Assembly: GCF_963921235.1 (NCBI RefSeq)
Contig: NC_086098.1
Coordinates: forward strand, 86,986,001-87,050,000
DNA from: Mobula hypostoma
Taxonomy: Eukaryota
Length of the DNA stretch: 64,000 bases
Reading direction: 5' to 3'
How positions within the stretch are numbered: the stretch's first letter is position 1; the number at the start of each line of letters is the position of its first letter. Shown here piece after piece: positions 38,189 to 49,829 of this stretch. The notes below the pieces were generated by a model, which searched no databases, was not told where the DNA came from, and saw only the letters and a program-made list of their open reading frames with translations. Position numbers and translations under genes: made by a program.

Positions 38189-39529
38189 CCCTCCCCTTTC
38201 TAGATCTTTCTGTCTCTGTCTCTGGAGACAGCTTATCCACTGATGTCTACTATAAGCCTACTGACTCTCACAGCTATCTGGACTATTCCTCTTCTCACCC
38301 TGTCTCTTGCAAAAACGCCATCCCCTTCTCGCAATTCCTCCGTCTCCGCCGCATCTGCTCTCAGGATGAGGCTTTTCATTCTAGGACGAGGGAGATGTCT
38401 TCCTTTTCTAAAGAAAGGGGCTTCCCTTTCTCCACTATCAACTCTGCTCTTAAACGCGTCTCCCCCATTTCACGTACATCTGCTCTCACTCCATCCTCCC
38501 GCCACCCCATTAGGAATAGGGTTCCCCAGGTCCTCACCTACCACCCCACCAGCCTCCGGGTCCAACATATTATTCTCCGTAACTTCCGGCACCTCCAACG
38601 GGATCCCACCACTAAGCACATCTTTCCCTCCCCCCCCCCTCTGCATTCCGCAGGGATCGCTCCCTACACAACTCCCTTGTCCATTCGTCCCCCCCATCCC
38701 TCCCCACTGATCTCCCTCCTGGCACTTATCCGTGTAAGCGGAACAAGTGCTACACATGCCCTTACACTTCCTCCCTTACCACCATTCAGGGCCCCAAACA
38801 GTCCTTCCAGGTGAGGCATCACTTCACCTGTGAGTCGGCTGGGGTGATATACTGCATCCGGTGCTCTCGATGTGGCCTTTTATATGTTGGCGAGACCCGA
38901 CGCAGACTGGGAGACCGCTTTGCTGAGCATCTACGCTCTGTCCGCCAGAGAAAGCAGGATCTCCCAGTGGCCACACATTTTAATTCCACATCCCATTCCC
39001 ATTCTGACATGTCTATCCACGGCCTCCTCTACTGTAAAGATGAAGCCACACTCAGGTTGGAGGAACAACACCTTATATTCCGTCTGGGTAGCCTCCAACC
39101 TGATGGCATGAACATCGACTTCTCTAACTTCCGCTAATGCCCCACCTCCCCCTCGTACCTCATCTGTTACTTATTTTTATACACACATTCTTTCTCTCAC
39201 TCTCCTTTTTCTCCCTCTGTCCCTCTGAATATACCCCTCGCCCATCCTCTGGGTCCCCCCCCACTTGTCTTTCTTCCTGGACCTCCTGTCCCATGATCCT
39301 CTCGTATCCCTTTTGCCCATCACCTGTCCAGCTCTTGGCTCCAACCCTCCCCCTCCTGTCTTCTCCTATCATTTTGGATCTCCCCCTCCCCCTCCAACTT
39401 TCAAATTCGTTACTCACTCTTCCTTCAGTTAGTCCTGACGAAGGGTCTCGGCCTGAAACGTCGACTGCACCTCTTCCTAGAGATGCTGCCTGGCCTGCTG
39501 CGTTCACCAGCAACTTTTATGTGTGTTGC
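38189..39529 (+). mobile_element. Young 5'-truncated Penelope-like element (Neptune-type): RT C-terminus, Cys linker, GIY-YIG endonuclease, 3' UTR
   Basis: LPFLDL..TDVYYKPTDSHSYLDYSSSHP..KNAIPFSQFLRLRRICS; YPCKRNKCYTC; VIYCIRCSRCGLLYVGET..RFAEHL..HFN; one frameshift in a poly-C run near 38630; 12-bp TSD TCTCTATGGGCT (38177-38188 / 39530-39541). Confidence 0.93.
39430..39467 (+). ncRNA. Minimal type I hammerhead ribozyme motif in the PLE 3' UTR
   Basis: TAGTC-CTGACGA-AGGGTCTCGGCCT-GAAAC-GTC^-GACTG: core boxes CUGANGA and GAAA, stem I TAGTC/GACTG, short stem II, loopless palindromic helix III (ACGT). Confidence 0.75.
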
Positions 39530-40520
39530 TCTCTATGGGCTTGACACATTACTGCCCTCCAGACTTAACATTTGGTTTGATAGTTCCCGATATTGATTAC
39601 ACCTATTCATGTTTTCTTCTACACTTGCCCGTGTTTATTTATACCATTAACAACACATTTTTCTTGCAAATTTTCCCTAGTTATTAAACTCACCTTCTTT
39701 TCACCTTATCACTGAACTTGCCTTTAGCTCTTTCCCCATCATTCTGCAATTAGGAACATATTTTATCTCTAACTTGGCTCGGTGATATGAAACAATAATG
39801 ATGCAGTCTGAAGTGCTGAGTAATTCCAGCATTTTCTGTTTTATTTTGCGTTTCCACCATCCACTTTATTGTGGTTTACTATGTTTTATTGTTGGTTGAC
39901 GGGCAAATATGGTATTTACAGACTAATGTTCCTGCTATTCTTTGAGTAGTGCCAAATAATATTTTATGTGTATCTGAGATGCAAAGCCAGTTCATTATGT
40001 AATATTTCATTCAAAATGCCACATGCCAGCTGCACTAGAAGTGTAAGCCTAGAGATAAGCACGCATAGCTCTCAAATAGGATTTGAACCCACAAGTTCAG
40101 ATGAATGTGCTACTACTGAGAAAGGTTGCTTTAACAATGATTATCCAGACATCCCAGCAGAAGGTCTATGTGGTGCTCTTTCAGCATCATTTCCTTAATT
40201 GTGGATAATTCCACATCTTTGTTGCTTTTATATCTTCCATTCTTCCAGAGTGCAATCTTGAGGTCATTTTTACATCATTGCATGAATGTTTAACTTAGAT
40301 TGCTGTTCAATATCAATATCAGTTAGCCTAATTCCAAATGTATGCTTACAATTCTTCTTAAGAGAGCCATTGAAGAAATAATATGAACTGATATTCCCTA
40401 AAATACCTGAAAGTCATGGTAGGTTTTTAAAACATGAAACCTATGTTTATTTTTATGTGTGCCAGGCATTTTTTAAACAATGCTTAACCAAAAATATTTT
40501 TTTCTATACCTTTAATCTAG

Positions 40521-40736
40521 ATGTATCAAACATCATTGAAGAAGCAAATAAAGAGTTAGAAAGGGAGAATATAGAAGAACTATATGACTTTGTACGCCAT
40601 GCACATCAACAGGAAGTCCTCCGCAATGAGAAGGTCCAGCACTCTCTGCTTGTTCCAACTCTCAGACCATACCAGTGTCAGGCTGTCAATTGGATGCTTC
40701 AGAAAGAACATTACAACATTGATACTCCCTCTGACC
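40521..40736 (+). CDS. SHPRH: SHPRH coding exon 3 (Q motif)
   Basis: ctag|(D)VSNII...ELYDFVRHAHQQE...LVPTLRPYQCQAVNWMLQKE...SD|gtaagt; 216 nt. Confidence 0.95.
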
Positions 40737-41566
40737 GTAAGTTTGAACTGGAAGCTCTTAGAAAGATAGTTTTATTACTGAAGGCAAATCTTTTTTCAGG
40801 TACTATGAAGAACAAAATTACTTCTTGATAAATAAATTGGTTTATTAATGTCACATGTACTGAGGCGAAAAACTTGTCTCGCATACCGTTCATACATTTT
40901 ACAACTCATTACAACTTTACAAGGTAAAACAATAACAGAATGCAGAATAAAGTGTAACAGTTACGGAGAAAGTGTAGACAGTAAGGTGCAATGTCATAAC
41001 TGAGGTAAATCATGAGGATAGGAGTCCTTCTTGTCGTACTTGGGAACCTCAGTACTAATCAGTCTTTTAACAGAGGGATAGAAGCTGTCCTTGAGCCTGC
41101 TGGTATGTGCTTTCAGGCTTTTGTATATTTTGCCCGATGGCAGGGGATGGCACCTAAGGATGGTGGTATGCTCATGAAGCTGCAGCATGTGGTTGGGACT
41201 CCAATTCAGCCTAAACTGAAGCCCTCAATGTCTGTTGTCACACAAATAGGAACTACAATGCTGGAAAATTTGTCAACTTCTATTGACTGACTGCCTTATC
41301 TTTTTTGTATTACATTCAAAAGTACATTCAACACTAACAAATGAGTGAGCAGAAGATACAGTATTCCACGTGCCTGAGGAAATGCATTGTATAGGATTAC
41401 AGGCTTAATATAGGAAGGTTAAATATGTGATTTTCCAAATACATTGGTGGAAGTGCATGAGTTCTAATGCCTTCTTTGTATTTTCGTACTCATTTTTGCC
41501 ATTCAACTTTATCTTGAAAGCCAGTATAATAATGTGAATTAAAAATATTCAATTGTTTCAATGCAG

Positions 41567-41645
41567 AAATGTCCCTTCACTTGTTATGGAAAGAAATCAC
41601 CACTAAAGATGAGAAGAAATTATATTACAACCCCTACACTGGCTG
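41567..41645 (+). CDS. SHPRH: SHPRH coding exon 4
   Basis: gcag|(Q)MSLHLLWKEITTKDEKKLYYNPYTG|gtgggt; 79 nt. Confidence 0.93.
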
Positions 41646-42732
41646 GTGGGTATATTTTACTGCCTGGTATTTCCTTTTGATATGGTGCTGAAGCTAAATT
41701 TGGTTTGCAAATAGGATTGCAGATGTTTGATGTGTCCAGGGTTCTTCTGTGAACTTTGTTACTGTTTAGAATTTAGATTTAGATGGGGTTTCACTGCGTC
41801 TTACTTCTTAATGCCTTCTATGATAGCTTTACTCAATATTATACGGTACCTCTGGTTTTCTTGTATTCTCCATCCAGAAACCCAGGCACCTAATCCAGGC
41901 TGACTAATAAGTTTCTGATGAGAACTTTATAAACTTTAAAGCACTTTGGGAACACTCTGAGGATCTGAAAGGCTCAATATGTATCCTCTTTTCCATTCTT
42001 CTCTGTTTTACTTCCTCTCTCACTGTCTTTAACTTCATCATTTTCTTAGTTTATTAACAGTTTGTATTCTCATCTATCTGGACTTTCAGTGACATTGCTC
42101 AATTATTGCTATTGCTGCTCCTGTATTTTATTTTGTAACTCAGTACTAATCAGGTAACAAAATTGAGAAAGAACTAATTGTAAGCAGGGTGGGTGTTGCT
42201 CATCTCAGTGAATATCCTTTTGTCAGGACTCTTGTTTGTCTTTTTGAATCTAATTAATCTCAGAGGGATGCATGATACTGCTAATTAAACTTAACCAGAG
42301 ATGTTCTTTAAAGACATCTCAATGGGACTCAGCAGAATAATAGTTTGGCACCGAGTAGATGGGCTGAAGAGTCTGTTTCCGTGCTGTAATGCTCTATGAC
42401 AACAAAGTCTAATTATCATAAATAAGGACAGCCTAAAACAGAAGAGCACAACTGAACCCAAACGCAATTTTCAATTCACACCCAGGTTAATTTCTAAGTA
42501 AGCTCTGACTCTGTATTAATTGCAATTAGAATCTGTTGCCCTAAGGTACTGACCGAGTTAAACTTAACATTATAAGAAGTAGGATCATATGTTCTTTACT
42601 ACATGATACAGTGCTTCTGACGGTATTGAACTTAACCTTTGACTCTTGCCTTTGAACATCATTTGATTTTACTATGATTACAGAAGTGCTGTATTTTCCA
42701 CATGCTAACTTGTACTCTCAAAATGTTTCTAG

Positions 42733-42883
42733 CATTATCCGTGACTGCCCTCTATCAAGTGCTGACTGGCCTGGTGGAATCCTTGCAGACGAGATGGGTC
42801 TAGGAAAAACTGTGGAGATGCTGGCACTAATTCTGACCCACAAGCGTAAAGATTTGAAGGAAGACACATTATCATTCCCAGAG
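42733..42883 (+). CDS. SHPRH: SHPRH coding exon 5 (helicase motif I)
   Basis: ctag|IIRDCP...[23 protein letters not shown]...FPE|gtacag; 151 nt. Confidence 0.96.
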
Positions 42884-43284
42884 GTACAGTCCAGCATTTA
42901 AACTTACTCTGGGTGTGTTCATCATCTGGGATTGAGCTGGGGTTTGCAGTAGTTAAAGATTAGACTCCAGCATGCTACAACAAGCAAGCTGCAGGTGAAT
43001 GTCTGACCAGGGCTGGCAGTGCTGAGGCAGTTATCTATTTACTATTTACATTGAAAGGCTAGTGTGATTTTGTAAAGTTCTGTAGTAACTGTGGGATCAG
43101 GGAAAAGTAATGCACTGGGGGAATACAGACTAAAAAGAATTTTATTGAAACAGCAATTTGTGGAAATCTTGATACATCCTAAATTGGTCATTAGATTGAC
43201 AGAATGGTGAGCCTCACTGTATCAGAATTCATTTATGACTGAGATACAAGCCCATGATGGTAATAGACTGGCTGTTGTGACAAA

Positions 43285-43490
43285 CACAAAATGCTGGAGG
43301 AACTCAGCAGGTCAGGCAGCATCTATAGAGAAGAATAAAGAGTAGACATTTCGGGCAGAGGTCCTTTTGAAGACTCTTGTCCCCAAATTGGAGACTCCTT
43401 ATTTCATTCCATAGATGCTGCCTGACCTGCTGAGTTCTGCTAGCATTTTGTGTGTGTTACCCTGGATTTTCAGCATCTGCAGAATCTCTT
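43285..43490. repeat. Fold-back Penelope-tail derivative
   Basis: About 60-bp inverted arms CACAAAATGCTGGAGGAACTCAGCAGGTCAGGCAGCATCTAT / ATAGATGCTGCCTGACCTGCTGAGTTCTGCTAGCATTTTGTG plus a one-sided extension. Confidence 0.85.
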
Positions 43491-43589
43491 ATGTTCTGGA
43501 TGTTGCAAGCTTTTGTGTTTGAAATGTGCCACCTGGCATTCCTTTCCTAAGGCTGTGCTTGGGCATTTGCCAGAGGCAGATACTTGGAA

Positions 43590-43935
43590 GACCATAAGAC
43601 ATAGGAGCAGAATTGGCCACTCGGCCCTTTGAGTCTGCTGCACCATTCTATCACATCTGATTTATTATCCCTCTCAAACCCATTCTCCCACTTTCTCCCC
43701 ATAACCTTTGATGTCCTGACTAATCCAGGACCTATCAGCCTCTGCTTTAACTTGGCCTCCACAGCCATCTGTGACATGAATTCCACAGGTTCATCACCAA
43801 AATTTCTCCGCATCTCTCATCTATTCTAAATGGATGTCCCTCTATTCTGAGGCTGTTCCCTTTAGTTCTAGACTCTCCCACTATGGGAACCATCTTCTCC
43901 ACATCCATTCTCTCTAAGGGACCAAAGTGGGCTAC
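43590..43935 (-). mobile_element. CR1 3' end
   Basis: PIVGESRTKGNSLRIEGHPFR motif and CR1 terminal sequence. Confidence 0.8.
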
Positions 43936-44571
43936 ATCAGGATACACCAGCATTTATGGGAAGGATTTGGTTGTGAAGCAGTGGATTAGCATTTACTTTG
44001 TAATTTGTAGAGCTAAAACAGCCTCCTTTCTTAGGAGATTAGAATGTAGAATAGAACTGCACATTAACATGATTAGCCCAGACATTTTGAGTCCTTTAGT
44101 CTATAATGTCTGTGCTGACTATAATGCCAACTTAAACTGCACATCTGGCTATACATTTCTTGCAATCATTCATTTATGCCACATATTAGAATCAGATTTA
44201 TTATCACTGACATATAATGTGAAAGCAGTACAGTGCAAGACTTTAAAAAATATATAAATTACCAAAGTGAGTACATAGTACAAGAAATGGTAGTGTTCGC
44301 AGGTGCTTGGATCATTCAGAATTCTGATGCTGGGCAAGAAGAAGTGTTCCTGAATTGGCTGTTTTGCTTCACTCTGAAAATCCAGTTGTGGATTTACTGT
44401 TGAGTTAGCTTTGCTGTAAGGGATAATATCATTCCCTAACAATGTTCCCTTTTAGAGTACAGTAGGGAAATTTGGACAACTCCATCCTACTTTGTGAGTA
44501 AAGTTTAAAAGTTAAAATAGGAAGGTGTCATCATTTAGATGAGCTCATTGATCATGTTCTTTTATTGCTAG

Positions 44572-44677
44572 GGAAAATCGACAAACTACTACATCCCACC
44601 TTCACTGCCTCACACCTCCTGTAGAACAAGTGAGAAGAAAAGTGAAATCAAGCCCAAGGAAAAGGTGACCTGCCCTA
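44572..44677 (+). CDS. SHPRH: SHPRH coding exon 6
   Basis: gctag|GKSTNYYIPP...EIKPKEKVTCP|gtaagt; 106 nt; cf. GKVVNYFIP..PKEKVQCP. Confidence 0.92.
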
Positions 44678-44889
44678 GTAAGTGCACCCTAAGTTATCTT
44701 ACAGCAGAGTAACAATGAAAACTTTATAAATATGAGCTACTGTAAATAGAAATGGCAGACACTGTCTGTCATCTGTTGCCTGTTTTATTGGGCAAGAGGT
44801 TAGAAACAGTATTTGTGGCGTTTACCTTACCAAAGGAAGGAAGGTTTGTATTTCAGTGACAGTTATCCCAACATGAGGATCTCCGAATG

Positions 44890-45175
44890 GGGTGCCACAG
44901 TAGCATAGCAGTTAGTGCAAAGCTATTACAGCTCAGTGTGTTGGAGTCTGGAGTTCCAACATTACCTGTAAGGATTCTGTATGTTCTCCCCATGGAGTGT
45001 GTGGATTTTCTCCAAGTGCTCCAGTTTCCTCCTACAGTCCAATGATATACCGGTTAGTAGGTTAATTGGTCAATATAAATTGTCCCATGATTTGGTTAGG
45101 TTTAAATCAGGTGTTGCTGGGCATCGCAGCTAGAAGGGCCTATTTCATGCTGCAGCTCAATAAATAAATAAATGC
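44890..45175 (+). mobile_element. V-SINE-like element
   Basis: tRNA-like head, V-domain GTTCTCCCCATGGAGTGTGTGGATTTTCTCC...TTTCCTCCTACAGTCC, (AAAT)n tail; similar copy at 47570-47840. Confidence 0.7.
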
Positions 45176-45229
45176 TTTAAAGTTCATGAAACATTTTGAC
45201 CAGATTGCAGTTACTAGAAATTGAAACCA

Positions 45230-47290
45230 CAGTTCAAGGTGAATTTATTATCGAAGTACAACGTGTACGTTACCATATACAAGGTAAAAAGAAAAAATAC
45301 AGAATTTCATCAAAAACTGCATAAAGAGACAAAAACTGACAGATGATGTGCAAAAGAAGACAAGCTGCAAATAAAAATAATACTGAGAACATGAGTTTTA
45401 AAGAGTCCTTGAAAGTGAGTCTGTATATCGTAGAATCAGTTTGGAATAGTGGTAAATGTGGTTATCTATGCCGGTACAGGAGCCTGATGGTTCTAGGGTA
45501 AATACTGTTCCAGAGCCTTGTGGTGTGGGTCCTAAGGCTCTTGTTTCTCCTTCCTGATGACAGCAGCAAAAAGAGATCTTGACTGAATGGTGAGGGTCCT
45601 TGATATTCGATGCTGCTTTCTTGTGGCAGTGCATCTTGGGTGTGTCCTCAGTGGCGGGTAGGGCTTTGCCTGTGACTGACTGGGTTGTATTCACCTCATT
45701 TTGTATCCTTTTATGATCTCGGGCACTGGTGTTTTCGTACCAGGCCATGTTGCAATCAGTTTGGATACTCTCTACCGAGCATCTGTAGAGGTTTGTCAAA
45801 TTTTTTGGTAATAGGCTAATTCTATGGAATCTTCTCAGAATGTCTGGGCTCTGTCATGCTTTCTTTCTGATGACACTTATGTGCTGATCCTAGGACAGAT
45901 CCTCTGACACATTAAGATCAAGGAATTCAATACTCTTGACCTTCTCCACCTCTGTTCCCCTAATGAGAACTGGCTTATGGACCTCTGGCTTATCCCTCTT
46001 GTAGATGACGATTAGCTCTTTGGTTTCACTGATGTTGAATGAGAGGTGGTTGTTGTGGGACCACTCAAATGATTCTCACTCCTATATGCTGATTCATTTT
46101 CACCTTTGATTCAAAGGTTTCAAAGGTACATTTAATTTCAGAGAAATGTATAGAATATACATCCTGAAATTCCTTTTCTTCGCAAACATCCACGGAAACA
46201 GGAGTGTCCCAAAGAATGAATAACAATTAAATGTTAGAACCGCAAAGGCCCCCACCCATCTCCCTCCTTCCTTGCATAAGCTGCAGCAAAGCAACGACCC
46301 CCTTTCCCCCACCAGCAAAAGAAGGCATCAGTGCCCCCCACCAAGCACGCAAGCGGCAGCAAAGCATCAATAAAGACACAGACTTGTAGTACCCCAAAGA
46401 CTACTTGTTCACCCAGTATTCAACATACCACAGGCTCTCTCTCTCTCTCCCTGATAAGGGAAAAAGAGGTGTCCCCATTTCACAGCGAGAGGGGAGACTT
46501 AACAAACAACTCGCTGATTAACGATGTTAAAAGTCTGTAGCATCGCTTCTTCCGAGCTCTGTGCCCAAAGAACTCGGGTCTGTGGGCACATAGCCAGCAG
46601 CCAGCTTGCTGCTTTCGATCTTAGTCTCCCACAACACACCAATTTCCTGCGGCGACACTGACCTCCAGTCCGACCATCTCCAGAGCTACGAAATCCCGCA
46701 ACCCCACAGACGCACTAATATTCTAGGCTGCATCCTTGGCAAATCGAATAATGGCCTGTGTGAGACCCTGAAAGCGGGTCCCATTCCCGCAAAGAACCAA
46801 AGTCTGCGTATAACTCCAGGTCAGAGTCTTCAAAAGAACCCTGAAAGGGAAAACAGAGATATTAAAGATAGAAATAGAGCTGTCTCTGAAGAAGCAAGCA
46901 AAGGAGTAGTCAACAACAGCAGTATTATCAGAAAACTTAAAAATGGCATTGGAGCTGTAGTTAGATGTACAATCGCAAGTATGAAGTGAGTAAAGCTAGG
47001 GGCTAGCACACAGCCCTGTGGTGCAACTGTGTTAGTGGTATGGGTGGAGAAGATATTGTTGCCAATCCATACTAACTTGGGTCTGCTAGTGAGAAAACCG
47101 AGGATCCACTTGCATAAGGAGGTACCGAGGCCCAGGTCTTGGAGCTTAGTGATGAGTTTTGAGGGGATGTTAGTGTTGATTGTGGAGCTGTAGTCAATGA
47201 AGAGCATCTTGACTGGTGCATCTTCAGTGAACAGGTGTTCCAGAACTGAGTGAAGAGCCAACAAAATGGCACCTGCTGTTGACCATTTTG
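45230..47290 (-). mobile_element. Rex1/L2-type LINE RT fragment interrupted by an 800-bp element (46110-46910)
   Basis: VKMLFIDYSSTINTNIPSKLITKLQDLGL..LCKWILGFLTSRP...VAPQGCVLAP; LYRCSVESIQTDCNMAWY. Confidence 0.8.
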
Positions 47291-48208
47291 AACATCGCAG
47301 GATCCCACAAGTCTTGTATCGCTGGTTCTGTCCACTAGTGGCTGAGTCCAAGATATTTGATTAAACCATTGGAATTCAGAACAGCTGCAGAGATCCAATG
47401 GCCGTCTGTAAAATGATCAACCTGTGTAGACAGAAAAGATCAAGCGTAACAAATCCACTTATCACCTTCAGCTATTCCCAGAATCATGAAGTGAGCCGAT
47501 TCAATTCTCTCTCAGCAACCACGGAGGGCATTTAATATGGCAAAAGTTAGTGGATCTGACACCAGGAGAGTGAAGCAGTTAGTGCGATGCTTTTATAGCT
47601 TGATGTGTTTCGGAGTTCATTTCCAGCGCTGTCTCTAAGGAGTCTGTACGTCCTCCCCATGGAATGTGTGGGTTTCCTCTGGGTGCTCTGGTTTCCTCCT
47701 ACAGTCCAAGGACATACTGGCTAGGTCAATTGGTCATTGTAAGTTGTTCCATGATTAGGTTAGAGTTGATCGGGTGGCTGTAAGGGCCAGGAGGGCCTAC
47801 TCTGTGCTGTATCGCTAAATATATGAATAAACAAACAAACACATACATCTTCATGCTGAAGACCTCTGTTTTAGATCAGATGCACTTCTCAACAAGCTGA
47901 TGATTTTAAATAATAGTAAGTCAGCTAAATGTGTCCTGTCAAAAAAAAAAGTAGAAAAAATACAATCTGGTTATTCTATCATCAACATGCACAAAGTGCT
48001 GGAGGAACTCAGCGGGTCAGGCAGCATGTGTGGAGAAAAAGTACAGTCGACATTTCAGGGCGAGACCCTTCGGCAGTCATCAGTCCACTTTCAGTTATCA
48101 TTGAAGTAATGGAAAGTGCTTCTGACAATGATATCAAGGTTACTTGATAACCTGCTCATGAATACCCAATATGTGTTTCAAGTCAGTTCAGTTTTGGATT
48201 AGTATATA

Positions 48209-48740
48209 AACTCAATGGCCACTTCACTAGTCATCTCCTGTACCTTATAAAGGAGCTACTGAGTGCACATTCGTGGTTTTCTGCTGTTGTAGACCATCCA
48301 CTTCAAGGTTCGATGTGTTACGTATTCAGAGATGCTGTTCAGAACACCACTTGTTGTCACACGTGTTTATTTAAGTTACTGTGGCCTCCCTGTCAGCGTG
48401 AACCAGTCCGGCCATTCTCCTCTGACCTCTCGTTAACAAGGCATTTTCACCCACAGAACTGCCACTCACTTAATATTTTATGTTTTTTGCATCATTCTCT
48501 GTGAAGATCCCAGCAGATCAGTGGTTTCTGAGATACTCAAACCACCCTGTCTGACACCAACAATCTTTCCATAGTCATAGTCGCTTAGATCACATTTCTT
48601 CCCTATTCTAATGTTTGGTCTGAACAACAACTGAACCTCTTGATTATGCATGATTTTAGGCATGGAATTGCTACCACATGATTGGCTGATTAGATATTTG
48701 TATTAACAAGCAACTGTACCTAATAACGTGGTACATTATT
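48209..48740 (-). mobile_element. Non-autonomous Tc1-type element
   Basis: Ends resemble CACTCAGTGGCCACTTTATTAG-type TIRs; remnant GKKCDLSDYDYGKIVGVRQGGLSISETTDLLG. Confidence 0.65.
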
Positions 48741-49129
48741 GGCTACCTAAATAACAGGCACAACTGGTGTTTACATATTGCGAAGATTTTGTGGAAACAA
48801 TGCTTTCTGACAGTTCCCACTGCCACAAAAACTGGTTTTCATCACACATAATTCACTGTCAGCAATATAGATAGCACTGGCAACAGCAAGTGCAGTCTTA
48901 TTGAGCTCTTGCTCCAAATATAGACAAATGATTCCTTCTGAAAGTCCAGCATTTGATCATGTGGGGATTCAAGAATTGGGGTGCAATTGGCCAGTTGGAA
49001 TCAAGGAGATGGGATTCTATTAATTAATTCTCAGACACAGGCCTTGATACAGAAGTTTATTAAGATTGTGCCCTGGTATCAACTAATTTTTCTTGCTACC
49101 TGAATGATCTTTAACTCATCTTTAACAAA

Positions 49130-49600
49130 GAAAAATTATGTACAAGGATGTTGCCGGTTCTTTAAGACTTGAGTTATAGAGAAAGACTGAGTAAATTAAG
49201 ACTGTATTTCCTGGAATGTAGAAGAATGAGGGGAGATTTGATAGAGAGATACAAAATTATGAGGGATATGGATAGGGTAAATGCAAGCAGGTTTTTTCCA
49301 CTGAGGGTGGGAGAGACTGGAACTATAGTTTATAGTTTAAAGGTGAAATATTTAAGGGAAACTTGAAGGGGAATTTCTTTACTCAGAAGGTGGTGCTTAT
49401 GTGGAAAAGCTGACAGAGGAAGTGGTGGATGTGGGTTTGATTCAATATTTAAGAGAAGTTTGAATAGGTACATGGATGCAAGGGTATTGACGACTATGAC
49501 CAGGTATGCATTGATGTGACCAAGAATAACAGTTCAGCACAGACTACATGTGCTAAAGGGCCAGTTTCCATGCTGTAGAGCTGTATGACACAATGATTCT
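49130..49600 (+). mobile_element. CR1 3' fragment
   Basis: SYRERLSKLRLYFLECRRMRGDLIE motif. Confidence 0.8.
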
Positions 49601-49829
49601 ATGATTCATTGATGATTGCATGTTATTCTGCTCTAAAATAACTTGCATAATGGTAAGTTACCATTGAACCAAACAATGATCATCTCCGGAAAGAGAAAGC
49701 TTAGTCAACTACCTTCAAAATTTAATGATGTTATCATTGTACGTAGGCTTAACATCTTTCTCCACAACCACTCCATGATCTGTTCTGGTGGTATAGTTTC
49801 CATCCCACTGCAACTCTAATTTAAACCTC

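Noticed and set aside
38182-39137. Programmed frameshift or selenocysteine recoding in the PLE ORF
   Set aside because: The single break is in a C homopolymer (slippage or sequencing error), and no in-frame TGA needs to be read through.
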